DNA from: an uncultured Bacillales bacterium
Lineage (GTDB): Bacteria; Bacillota_I; Bacilli_A; RF39; UBA660
DNA: 64,000 bases
Reading direction: 5' to 3'
NCBI GenBank assembly: GCA_948433085.1
Contig: CAOJDP010000003.1
Location: forward strand, 5,787 to 69,786
Below, piece by piece: positions 18,648-27,928 of this stretch (position 1 is the first letter of the stretch; every line of letters begins with the position of its first letter). Below the pieces are notes generated by a model. It saw nothing but the letters and a program-made list of their open reading frames with translations. It made no database searches and was not told where the DNA came from. A program made the position numbers and the translations under genes.

Positions 18648-20186
18648 ATGAAAAAGCAAATTTTAATTAATATTATTGCTAGTATTATTGCATTTCTTGT
18701 TCAAATGGTAATTAGTTTTGGTTTAACCCCAATATTGGTTAATTCATTAGGGGAAGATGCTTATGGATTTATTGGTTTGGCTAATAATTTTGTTACTTAT
18801 GCGACTGTTTTTACAGTAGCAATTAATTCCATTGCTGGTAGATTTATATCTATTGCGTATAATAAGGGAGAAATAGAAAAAGCCAATTCTTATTATTCTT
18901 CCTTATTTTTTGCAAATGCAATATTATCAATTGTCATATTTTTCTTATCTATTTTTATTACAATTGAATTACATAATATTATAAAAATACCATTTTCACT
19001 TAATTATGATGTTAAGATTACTTTTTTGCTTGTATTTATTAATTTTATATTTTCTTTGTTCCATGTTACTTTTCAAGTGGTACCGTTTGTAAAGAATAAA
19101 GTAAGTTTAGTATCTGTTGTAACAGCAGTTTCTAATATTTTAAAAGTTGCGATTATTTTATGTTTATTTTCATTATTTCAACCTAAAATTTATTATATTG
19201 CCATTGCGACTTTAGCTTATAGCACTATTTTATTAGTATTATGTATTTGTATTTCCAAAAAATTATCTTCTGAATTAAAGATTCATGTGCATTCTTTTGA
19301 TTGGAAATCAGTAAAAACTTTATTTGTTTCAGGTATTTGGAATTCTATTAATAATCTAAGTAGAATTATATTAGTTGGTTTTGATTTATTAATTGCAAAT
19401 ATATTTGTAGGATCTTATTCTATGGGAATTTTGTCAATTTCCAAAAATATTCCAAATGCAATTGATACTTTATTATCCACATTAGCAGTTGCATTTGTTC
19501 CTAGTATTACTATTTCGTATGCTAAAAATAGAATTCAAGATGTTATCTCTGAAATAAAATTTTCTATGAAAATGATTGCTTTATTAATGATTGTTCCAGT
19601 TGCAGGGTTTATTATTTTTGGAACAGACTTTTATAGATTGTGGTTACATAAGTCGATAGAAGAAGTAAAATTAATTCAATTGTTATCTGTTTTAACTTTA
19701 ATTCCCTATATGTTTAGTATTTGCAACTTTACATTACCAAATATTGATACGATAACCAATAAATTAAAACGGGCTTCTATTTTCACGTTGGCAATGAGCA
19801 TCGTCACTTTAATTACAGAAATTGTCGTTTTAAAGACGTCTGATTTAGGTGTAATTGCAATTGCAAGTGTTAGTTCCTTTTATTGGGTAATAAAGTTAGC
19901 AATCTTTAATCCGCTCAATGCAGCTAAAAATTTAAATGTAAAATGGTATACATTTTATCCTGATTTTTTAAAATCATTTTTCTGTTTTTGTCTTATTTTG
20001 ATTTTATATCTATTTTTGTATCAATATATGTCTATTACTTCTTGGAAGGATTTAATTCTTTCAGCAATACTTTTTGGTACGATTGGATATGTGATTAGTT
20101 TTCTTTTCATTTTAAATAAAAAAGAAAAAAATTGGGTTTATAACAAAATTTCCAGCCGTTTGCCGTTTGTAAACGGGGGGGGGTAA
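18648..20186 (+). CDS. Wzx-type oligosaccharide flippase (polysaccharide biosynthesis protein, MOP superfamily)
   Basis: About 500 aa with 12-14 TM helices, inside a glycan locus. It ends ...FVNGGG* on a G9 tract. The start was set at ATG 18648; the track begins at TTG 18642. Confidence 0.8.
   Translation: MKKQILINIIASIIAFLVQMVISFGLTPILVNSLGEDAYGFIGLANNFVTYATVFTVAINSIAGRFISIAYNKGEIEKANSYYSSLFFANAILSIVIFFLSIFITIELHNIIKIPFSLNYDVKITFLLVFINFIFSLFHVTFQVVPFVKNKVSLVSVVTAVSNILKVAIILCLFSLFQPKIYYIAIATLAYSTILLVLCICISKKLSSELKIHVHSFDWKSVKTLFVSGIWNSINNLSRIILVGFDLLIANIFVGSYSMGILSISKNIPNAIDTLLSTLAVAFVPSITISYAKNRIQDVISEIKFSMKMIALLMIVPVAGFIIFGTDFYRLWLHKSIEEVKLIQLLSVLTLIPYMFSICNFTLPNIDTITNKLKRASIFTLAMSIVTLITEIVVLKTSDLGVIAIASVSSFYWVIKLAIFNPLNAAKNLNVKWYTFYPDFLKSFFCFCLILILYLFLYQYMSITSWKDLILSAILFGTIGYVISFLFILNKKEKNWVYNKISSRLPFVNGGG
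20175..20183 (+). repeat. G9 homopolymeric tract (candidate slipped-strand phase-variation site or homopolymer error hotspot)
   Basis: GGGGGGGGG sits directly 5' of the Wzx stop TAA (20184-20186). It is unique in this AT-rich window. Confidence 0.9.
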
Positions 20187-20247
20187 AATTTTAATTGTTA
20201 TTGTTATCATTTTTAGTTTTCTATTTTTAATTCAAAGAAAAGAAAAT

Positions 20248-20979
20248 GTGCAATATATTCATTTTTCAGTAGATGACACCATTCTATTGTTTGCTGATTT
20301 AGAGCAAAATAAAGATGTGTATACTAGTATATTTGAGAATGCTACTTTAAAATATTTTCAAAGATTACATAAGCAGTATGGATTAAAAGTTACTTTTTAT
20401 TGTTTCTACGAATTTTCGAATGTTTCTTTAGAAAATATTACCAGTCAGTATCGGAAAGAGTTTGAAGAAAATTCTCATTGGTTACAATTTGGATTTCACG
20501 CTTATGATGCAGGAAGAGAATATGATAAAGATTCTTTCCATTATAGTATTACAAATGATTATCTAACTGTTATTCAGGCATTAGAAAATATTGTTGGAGA
20601 AAAAGCGATTAGCAAGCATTTACGATTAGAGAAATTTTCTTTAAATGAAGGGAATGCAAATTGTTTAAAAGATGTGGGAATTCAAATTCTATTTGGAAGT
20701 GATACTTTAGAAAAAAATAGTTATTATTTAAACAGTGAACAATCTTATCAGTTGTTTACCAAGGGTTATTATTATGATTGGAAAAAACAACTTCAATTTT
20801 ATAAAACGGATATTCGAATAGAGCAATCAAAAGGTGTAGAAGATATGATTCAGGATATAAAAGGAGATTCTTATTTAGTTATTTTTACACATGAATGGTT
20901 ATTGAGTGATTTATTAAAAGAAAAAATGGAATTACTCTTGAAACAATTGCAGAAATATAAATATCAATTTTCTATATAA
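20248..20979 (+). CDS. Hypothetical protein, possibly a divergent NodB/CE4-like deacetylase-type fold (weak)
   Basis: GTG start with a weak RBS. It contains HFSVDD and FHAYDAGREY motifs. The frame is open upstream back to 20173 and there encodes a hydrophobic segment KILIVIVIIFSFLFLI. Confidence 0.45.
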   Translation: MQYIHFSVDDTILLFADLEQNKDVYTSIFENATLKYFQRLHKQYGLKVTFYCFYEFSNVSLENITSQYRKEFEENSHWLQFGFHAYDAGREYDKDSFHYSITNDYLTVIQALENIVGEKAISKHLRLEKFSLNEGNANCLKDVGIQILFGSDTLEKNSYYLNSEQSYQLFTKGYYYDWKKQLQFYKTDIRIEQSKGVEDMIQDIKGDSYLVIFTHEWLLSDLLKEKMELLLKQLQKYKYQFSI

Positions 20980-21002
20980 AGTTGGTAGAAGTGAGGTTAG
21001 TG

Positions 21003-22022
21003 ATGAAGAAAGAAATTAAAGTCAAGTTTGTAGATTTTTACGACTCTTATAATCCAAAAGAACATTTTTTGTATCAAGCGTTGGAAAGAAAATACCATGT
21101 TGTTTTATCTGATAAACCAGATTATTTGTTCTTTTCTGTATTTGGTGATGAACATTTGCATTATGACTGTATTAAAATATTTTATACAGGAGAAAATTTA
21201 TGTCCAGATTTTAATTTATGTGATTATGCAATAGGTTTTGAATATTTAGAGTATCAAGACCGCTATATGCGTTTACCAAATTATTACCATCCAGCATATG
21301 CAAAAGATTTGAATGCTATGTTGAAAAGGACATCATTTACAGAAGAAGATTTAGTGCAAAAGGAAGGATTTTGTAGTTTTGTTTATTCCAATGGAAATGC
21401 AGATCCTATTCGTGAAATATTTTTTGAACAATTATCTCAGTATAAACAAGTTCATTCAGGGGGTAAATTTAAAAATAATATTGGTGGACCCGTAGCAGAT
21501 AAAATTGAATTTCAAAGAAAATATAAATTTTGTTTAGCTTTTGAAAATTCTTCCCATCCTGGATATACTACAGAAAAATTAATTCAAGCTTATGCTTCTA
21601 ATGCAATTCCAATCTATTGGGGAGATCCATTTGTGACGAAAGTGTTTAATGAAAAATCGTTTATCAATGTAGGTGCTTATAATACGATAGAAGATGCGAT
21701 TGCTTTTATTCAAAAAATAGATAGGGATGATTCGCTTTATTTGGAAATGATGCATGAATCGCCATTATGTGTAGAAGAAAATGTGATTGCATATAAAATG
21801 GATGAATTAAGTGCTTTCTTATCCAATATTATGGAGCAACCTTTTGAAAAAGCGAAACGTTATAATCGAGTATGTATTGGAAAAAAATATATTCAAAAAT
21901 TGAAATTATGGAACAAAGCATATGATAAAAAAATAAAAGTGCGAATGAAAAAATTTATATTTAAAATGAAAAAATTTAGGGTAAATGTATTGAAAAAATA
22001 TAGATTATTTGGATATAGATAA
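21003..22022 (+). CDS. GT10-family alpha-1,3-fucosyltransferase-like glycosyltransferase
   Basis: GT10 signature KYKFCLAFENSSHPGYTTEKLIQAY (FxLxFENSxxxxYxTEK) and a C-terminal basic amphipathic repeat region (KKYIQKLKLWNKAYDKKIKVRMKKFIFKMKKF). GTGAGG RBS before ATG 21003. Confidence 0.65.
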   Translation: MKKEIKVKFVDFYDSYNPKEHFLYQALERKYHVVLSDKPDYLFFSVFGDEHLHYDCIKIFYTGENLCPDFNLCDYAIGFEYLEYQDRYMRLPNYYHPAYAKDLNAMLKRTSFTEEDLVQKEGFCSFVYSNGNADPIREIFFEQLSQYKQVHSGGKFKNNIGGPVADKIEFQRKYKFCLAFENSSHPGYTTEKLIQAYASNAIPIYWGDPFVTKVFNEKSFINVGAYNTIEDAIAFIQKIDRDDSLYLEMMHESPLCVEENVIAYKMDELSAFLSNIMEQPFEKAKRYNRVCIGKKYIQKLKLWNKAYDKKIKVRMKKFIFKMKKFRVNVLKKYRLFGYR

Positions 22023-22127
22023 TCTATTTTTTTATAAGAATGAATATAAGATATAATAGGATTTTTTTAAAAAATCTTATTTCTAAAATTCAAGATATTT
22101 GTTTGTCCTTCTTAATACAAAAATTTA

Positions 22128-22158
22128 TTTTCCATTCAAGTAATGGAAAAATTTTTTT
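22128..22158 (+). terminator. Rho-independent terminator ending the glycosyltransferase operon
   Basis: 9 bp stem TTTTCCATT / AATGGAAAA with a 5 nt loop, followed by ATTTTTTTAT. Confidence 0.5.
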
Positions 22159-22310
22159 ATGTAATCTATATTTAGTTGAGTAGCAATTAAACATAAATTT
22201 TCCTTTTACAATTGAGAAATACATATGCGAATAAAAACTTTAAAAAATATTTAATTTTTGAAAACGATATGTTATAATAATCTTGTGAAGCTAGTAGAAA
22301 GAAGTGAATT

Positions 22311-23756
22311 ATGTCAAAGAAAAAAAATAAAAAAAATAGAATAATTGTGCAAAGAATTGGAACAGTATTATCTATTTTATTATTCGCAATTTCATTTGTA
22401 TTTTTTACAATGTTATTTCAGGTAAGTGTATTGCCAATGAAGTATCTTTTAATTGTTTTAGGAATTTATTTACTTGTTGTGTTGGGCTCTGTAGCAATTT
22501 TATTGATTCCAAAGATTAAAATAAAGTTAAAAATAGTAGTAGAGATTTTATCTACAATCATAATTATTTTTGTAAGTTTTATTTCATTTTATTTATATAA
22601 GACAATGGATTTTATGGGGAATATTAAAGCGAAAGATTATCAAATTGAAAATTATTATGTAGTTGTTTTAAAAGATAGTAAATACGAAACATTAGAAGAT
22701 TTGAAAAGTAAAACAATCGGGCTTCATCGGAGTAATTTGGAGAGTCAAAAAGATGCAATCGAAACGTTGAATAAAAAGCTATCTTATACAGATGAAGAAT
22801 ACGAAGATTTTATGAAATTAGGGAAAGATTTATTAGACAAACAAGTAGATGCGATATATATGAATGGTTCATATTTGTCCATTTTACAAGAAGAAAATGA
22901 ATCATTTGAAGAAAAAACAAAATTACTAGCAACAATAGAGTTACAAGTAAAAAATGAAACAGTAAAAAAAGATACAAATGTAACAAAAGAGCCATTTAAT
23001 ATATATATTAGTGGAATTGATACATATGGGGATATTTCTTCTGTATCAAGAAGTGATGTAAATATTATTGCTACGGTAAATCCTGTTACACATAAAGTGT
23101 TGTTAACTTCAATACCAAGAGATTACTATGTAAGACTTCATGGAACTACAGGCTATAGAGATAAGTTAACACATGCTGGAATTTATGGAATTGATATGTC
23201 AATTACAACATTAGAGGATTTACTTGATATTGATATCAACTATTATGTGAGAGTGAATTTTACTACTCTCATAGAACTTGTAGATGCAGTAGGTGGTGTA
23301 ACTGTGAATTCAGATTATAATTTTACTGCTATTTCAGGAGAAAAATTTATAAAGGGTGACAATATCTTAAATGGATCACAAGCACTTGCTTTTTCAAGAG
23401 AACGTCATGCATTTATAGATGGAGATCGTCAACGTGGCAAAAATCAACAAAAAGTAATTACAGCAATTATTAATAAAGCATTAAGCTCTACAACATTAAT
23501 TACAAAATATACGAATATATTAAATTCATTGCAAGATAGTTTTCAAACAAATATGGACAGTAATAAAATATATGATTTAGTGAATATGCAATTAAATAAA
23601 ATGCCATCTTGGCAAATTGAATCCATTAATTTAGATGGAACAGGAAAAAGTGAATTTACTTATTCTTATAGTGGGCAAAAACTATATGTAATGGAACCAG
23701 ATGTTAGTACGGTAAATGCAGCGCAAGCAAAAATAAATGAAGTAATAGGAGGGTAA
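22311..23756 (+). CDS. LytR-CpsA-Psr (LCP) family glycopolymer ligase with N-terminal multi-TM region
   Basis: LCP domain: NIYISGIDTYGD...NIIATVNPVTHKVLLTSIPRDYYV...VRVNFTTLIELVDAVGGVTV...FSRERH. Three to four N-terminal TM helices. Confidence 0.85.
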   Translation: MSKKKNKKNRIIVQRIGTVLSILLFAISFVFFTMLFQVSVLPMKYLLIVLGIYLLVVLGSVAILLIPKIKIKLKIVVEILSTIIIIFVSFISFYLYKTMDFMGNIKAKDYQIENYYVVVLKDSKYETLEDLKSKTIGLHRSNLESQKDAIETLNKKLSYTDEEYEDFMKLGKDLLDKQVDAIYMNGSYLSILQEENESFEEKTKLLATIELQVKNETVKKDTNVTKEPFNIYISGIDTYGDISSVSRSDVNIIATVNPVTHKVLLTSIPRDYYVRLHGTTGYRDKLTHAGIYGIDMSITTLEDLLDIDINYYVRVNFTTLIELVDAVGGVTVNSDYNFTAISGEKFIKGDNILNGSQALAFSRERHAFIDGDRQRGKNQQKVITAIINKALSSTTLITKYTNILNSLQDSFQTNMDSNKIYDLVNMQLNKMPSWQIESINLDGTGKSEFTYSYSGQKLYVMEPDVSTVNAAQAKINEVIGG

Positions 23757-23768
23757 CCTCCTTTTTTG
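23747..23768 (+). terminator. Rho-independent terminator after the LCP gene
   Basis: AGGAGG / CCTCCT stem with loop GTAA (which contains the stop codon), then TTTTTT. Confidence 0.5.
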
Positions 23769-23954
23769 TAGAAAATAAAATATACAAGCGGTGTAAATAG
23801 GTTAAATAGATGCTCTAATGCTTAGATAGAATCTTTATAATTCTCAATAGTCATAGGATAAAACGAGAAGATATATAGAGTAATTTTTACTTCAATTAGT
23901 ACTTTTATTTTGTTGTAAAATTTTGTATAATGGAATGAGAATGGAGATGGAGAT

Positions 23955-25232
23955 ATGGCAGGTATCAAAATAAAATCTCATAAAGAAATGTCGAAAGATA
24001 GTTTTACAATTTATAATAAGCCAAAATACATTTATATTCCATTAATGGGAAGCAATGACCAAGATATTACAGTTTTCGTTAAAAAAGGAGACTATGTATG
24101 TAAAGGAGAAATGGTCGCTAGAAGAAAAGGTGCCTTTTCTATTCCTTTTCATACCAGTGTAAGTGGAACTGTAATTGGTTTTGAAGAAAAACTACATCAT
24201 AGTGGGACCTATGTCAGATGTATTAAAATTGAAAATGATTTGAAAGAGCGAGTAGAAGAATCACTAGAAATAAAAGAAAATTTATCCAAGGAAGAATTTA
24301 TTGAAACAATTAAAAATGCAGGAATTATAGGAATGGGGGGTGCAGGCTTTCCAACCTATATTAAATATCAAACCGATCAAAAAATAAAAACTTTAATTGT
24401 AAATGCAGTAGAATGTGAGCCATATATTACAGCAGATTATACTCTTGGAATTCAAAAAGCAGAAGCAATCTTAGAAACAATTGATCGAATAATGGAAATA
24501 AACGAAATTGAAAAAGCTTTTATTGCAGTTAAAAAAAACAATCAGCAATTCATTCAAGCTTTTCAATTTGTAATAGGTACTTATGTAAATATTGAAATTA
24601 AAATAGTGCCAGATTGCTATCCTATGGGATGGGAAAAAATGTTGGTAAAAACAATAACCAAAAAAACATATCAAAAACTTCCCATTGAAATTGGTGTAGT
24701 TGTAAATAATTTATCTACAATTTATGCAATACATCAAGCTTTAACAGGGATTCCACTCATTGAAAGAATAATTACCATTACAGGGGATTTGGTAAAAAAA
24801 CCACAAAATGTACAAGTAAAAATAGGAACTCCACTTCATGAAGTGATTGAAGCAATCAGTGGAATGAAACGTCATAAAGATGTTATTTGTATCGCAGGTG
24901 GTCCTATGATGGGGAATGCTTTAAAAGAAGATGATGTAATTGTGACAGCTGATTTGAATGGTCTGATTTTGTTAAAAGAAAAAGAGGAATGTAAGGAACA
25001 TACTTGTATGCGTTGTGGAAAATGTATAAATGTTTGTCCAGCAGGTATTGAACCAGTTCTTATCAAAGAATCATATCAAGATAAGGAACAATTAAATCGT
25101 TTGCAAGTTGGAAAATGTATTGAATGTGGTTTATGTTCTTATATTTGTCCAGCAAAAATAAATGTGAGAGAATATGTTAGAAAAGCGAAAAAGACTGTTA
25201 GAAAGGAGACTGCAAATGAAAGAATATCATGA
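23955..25232 (+). CDS. rnfC: Rnf electron transport complex subunit C
   Basis: NADH/FMN-binding GIIGMGGAGFPTYIKY and two 4Fe-4S motifs (CMRCGKCINVCP; CIECGLCSYICP). Confidence 0.85.
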   Translation: MAGIKIKSHKEMSKDSFTIYNKPKYIYIPLMGSNDQDITVFVKKGDYVCKGEMVARRKGAFSIPFHTSVSGTVIGFEEKLHHSGTYVRCIKIENDLKERVEESLEIKENLSKEEFIETIKNAGIIGMGGAGFPTYIKYQTDQKIKTLIVNAVECEPYITADYTLGIQKAEAILETIDRIMEINEIEKAFIAVKKNNQQFIQAFQFVIGTYVNIEIKIVPDCYPMGWEKMLVKTITKKTYQKLPIEIGVVVNNLSTIYAIHQALTGIPLIERIITITGDLVKKPQNVQVKIGTPLHEVIEAISGMKRHKDVICIAGGPMMGNALKEDDVIVTADLNGLILLKEKEECKEHTCMRCGKCINVCPAGIEPVLIKESYQDKEQLNRLQVGKCIECGLCSYICPAKINVREYVRKAKKTVRKETANERIS

Positions 25233-26661
25233 ACAAACAGGTCCTTTTTGTAGGGATCAAGATTCTACAACTAAAATGATGTTTCATTTAGTAATTGCTC
25301 TTTTACCAATTGTATTGTTTAGTTTTTATAAAAATGGGCTTGTTCCTTATCAACATCACAAAGTAGGATTGTATGGACTATTTCATCCACTTTTATTTAT
25401 TCTAATTCCTACAGTTGTTACCTATTTAACAGAGTGGGTAGGAGCACGGTTACTTTTACAAAAAAAGGGCTTAGAATTAAAAGATTATATGCGACATTCT
25501 TATGCATTAATACCAGGTTTGTTTTTAGGTTTGATTTTGCCTTTAAATACACCTATTCCTATTTTATTATTTGGCTCTGTATTAGCAACCTTAATTGGTA
25601 AATTGGTATATGGAGGATTTGGCAATAACATTTTCAATCCTGCACTCATTGGAAGACTCTTTATTATTACAACTTATGCTGGTGTAATTGCAAGTCAAGG
25701 AGGTTATTTCAATGCTTATGAATTAGATACCATTAGTCAAGCAACGCCTTTATCCAATCTTACAACAATAGAAGGGATTGGAAGTTATGAAACATTAGTT
25801 GCTCCTTATGGTACTTTGTGGAATTTTTTTACAGGAATGATTCCAGGTGCAGTCGGGGAAACAAGTGCTCTTTTATGTTTGTTTGCATTTCTTTATCTTG
25901 TATGGAAAAAAGTCATTAAATGGAAAATATCTATTTGTTATATTGGAACTGTTTTTCTTCTAACCGCATTGATTGGATGTTTAAATGGGCTTACTTTATG
26001 GTATCCTATGTTTCAAATATTGAGTGGAGGACTTTTCTTTGGTGCTATTTTTATGGCAACTGATCCAGTTACTTCCCCAGTTACAAAACAGGGACAGATT
26101 TTATATGGAATTTTTTTAGGAATTTTGACTGTAATACTCCGTTATTTTACAAGTTATCCTGAAGGTGTTTTAACGAGTATTTTGACAATGAATTTATTTG
26201 TTTTTATTATTGATAAATTAGGAATTCAAAGTAAAAATAAAGAAAAAAGTTTATTATTATTTGCATCTATTGTAATCATAATGGGAATTTTAGTATATCA
26301 AATAAATACACTGTATTCTTATCATGGTGAAAAAGTAGATCCTAACTTTTCATTGATAGAAGAACATCAAGTAGGAAAAAAAGTTATTTATAAGGTATCT
26401 CAAAAAGGAAATGGTGGACCAATTCTATGTGAAGTGGTTATTCAAAATGGAAAAATTGAAAAACTAGAGGTATTAGAGCACAATGAAACACCAAGTTATT
26501 ATTCAATTATAGAAAAAGAAAATTATTTAAATACTCTTATAAAAGAACAAATGCATTTACCAGAATTGGATACAGTAAGTGGGGCAACAATTTCATCTAA
26601 TGCATTAAAAAAACTAGTATTGAATACATTACAAGAATATGAGGAACATTATGGAAAATAA
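25216..26661 (+). CDS. rnfD-rnfG: Rnf subunit D fused to a C-terminal RnfG-like FMN-binding domain
   Basis: NqrB/RnfD-type polytopic N-terminus of about 330 aa, including GAIFMATDPVTSP. The C-terminal roughly 150 aa carry the FMN_bind signature DTVSGATISSNALKK. GGAGAC RBS precedes ATG 25216. Confidence 0.8.
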   Translation: MKEYHEQTGPFCRDQDSTTKMMFHLVIALLPIVLFSFYKNGLVPYQHHKVGLYGLFHPLLFILIPTVVTYLTEWVGARLLLQKKGLELKDYMRHSYALIPGLFLGLILPLNTPIPILLFGSVLATLIGKLVYGGFGNNIFNPALIGRLFIITTYAGVIASQGGYFNAYELDTISQATPLSNLTTIEGIGSYETLVAPYGTLWNFFTGMIPGAVGETSALLCLFAFLYLVWKKVIKWKISICYIGTVFLLTALIGCLNGLTLWYPMFQILSGGLFFGAIFMATDPVTSPVTKQGQILYGIFLGILTVILRYFTSYPEGVLTSILTMNLFVFIIDKLGIQSKNKEKSLLLFASIVIIMGILVYQINTLYSYHGEKVDPNFSLIEEHQVGKKVIYKVSQKGNGGPILCEVVIQNGKIEKLEVLEHNETPSYYSIIEKENYLNTLIKEQMHLPELDTVSGATISSNALKKLVLNTLQEYEEHYGK

Positions 26662-26751
26662 AAAAATTAAGGGCGTATTCGCGCTAACAATAACAACCTT
26701 TATATGTACATTGCTTCTTTATTTGATTATGAATTTTATTGGGGGTTAACA

Positions 26752-27288
26752 ATGTCTTTAAATTCATTTTATTATAAGTTGTTACACATTGAATCAAAAC
26801 CTTTATCAGAAACTTACATTTTATGGGAAATTGAGGAAACTATAAAGGAAGAAATGGATTCGATTCAAAATTGGTCAAGTAGTATTGAGGGACTTTGTAA
26901 AGTTGCAAGTTACCATATTGGTGAAATGCTAAGACAAAAAGGGATATCTATTGCGTATTTGAATACTAAGAATTTTTCTTGTGCGTTTGAGCATGTTGCA
27001 CTATTAGTTTACTATGAAATAAGCAATGAAATAAAGTATATTTTAATTGATGTAACATATGAACAATTTCTTCCTGTTGCAAATAGAAGACTTAATCCTA
27101 AATTGAAAAGCTGGCCTGGGATATGTTTAATGGAAAATAATTTTAGTTTGTATGAAAACTTATGTACCAAAGGTTATTCTTCCATTACAATCAAGGACTT
27201 AAATGATTATATGAAAAGTTTTGGATATACAAACAATTTAAATAATAATTTATTTGATGTGATTCTACATACACATAAGAAAAAATAA
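26752..27288 (+). CDS. Hypothetical protein inserted between rnfDG and rnfE
   Basis: 178 aa from ATG 26752 (GGGGG RBS). No TM helix and no recognisable Rnf subunit signature. It has a Cys...His...Asp arrangement (SCAFEHVALLVYY...ILIDVTYEQF) faintly reminiscent of transglutaminase-like cores. Confidence 0.4.
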   Translation: MSLNSFYYKLLHIESKPLSETYILWEIEETIKEEMDSIQNWSSSIEGLCKVASYHIGEMLRQKGISIAYLNTKNFSCAFEHVALLVYYEISNEIKYILIDVTYEQFLPVANRRLNPKLKSWPGICLMENNFSLYENLCTKGYSSITIKDLNDYMKSFGYTNNLNNNLFDVILHTHKKK

Positions 27289-27301
27289 AAGGAGATGACT
27301 T

Positions 27302-27928
27302 ATGAAAATTATAAAAAATGGAATTTTTTATGAAAATCCTGTTTTTGTGTTATTGTTAGGCTTATGTTCTACTTTAGCTATTACAACAAAGTTTGAAAAT
27401 GCTTATTTAATGGGCATTTGTGTAACATTTGTTTTAATTGGATCTAATGTTATTATTTCATTGATTCGTAGATGGATTCCAGATAATGTAAAAACACCTG
27501 TTTTCATTTTAATTATCGCAACATTAGTAACAATCATAGAATTAATTGTAAAAAATTACGCAAATGATGTTTATGAGGTATTTGGAATTTATCTTCCACT
27601 TATTGTTGTCAATTGTATTATTTTAGGAAGAGCGATAGTAGTGGCATCTAAACAAAATGTAGGCTACAGTGCTTTAGATGGGTTAGGAATCGGCTTGGGT
27701 TATACATTGGCAATCATGTTAATCGCACTTATTCGAGAGGTATTTGGAAGCAATACGATTACTTTAATGGATTCCATTAGTAGCCTGACAGGATACCGAG
27801 CAATTTATCATGTTTTTCCTGAAAATTTTATTCCAATTTCTTTTCTAGTTTCCCCAGCGGGTGCTTTTCTGACATTGGGTATTTTAATGGGAGTTTTTAA
27901 TTCTATTCGTAAAAGGAGGACAACATGA
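27302..27928 (+). CDS. rnfE: Rnf electron transport complex subunit E
   Basis: NqrD/RnfE signature NPVFVLLLGLCSTLAITT...; six TM helices. Confidence 0.85.
   Translation: MKIIKNGIFYENPVFVLLLGLCSTLAITTKFENAYLMGICVTFVLIGSNVIISLIRRWIPDNVKTPVFILIIATLVTIIELIVKNYANDVYEVFGIYLPLIVVNCIILGRAIVVASKQNVGYSALDGLGIGLGYTLAIMLIALIREVFGSNTITLMDSISSLTGYRAIYHVFPENFIPISFLVSPAGAFLTLGILMGVFNSIRKRRTT

Noticed and set aside
22810-25066. Minus-strand ORFs inside the LCP gene and rnfC (22810-22995, 24471-24674, 24872-25066)
   Set aside because: Antisense to conserved coding regions.
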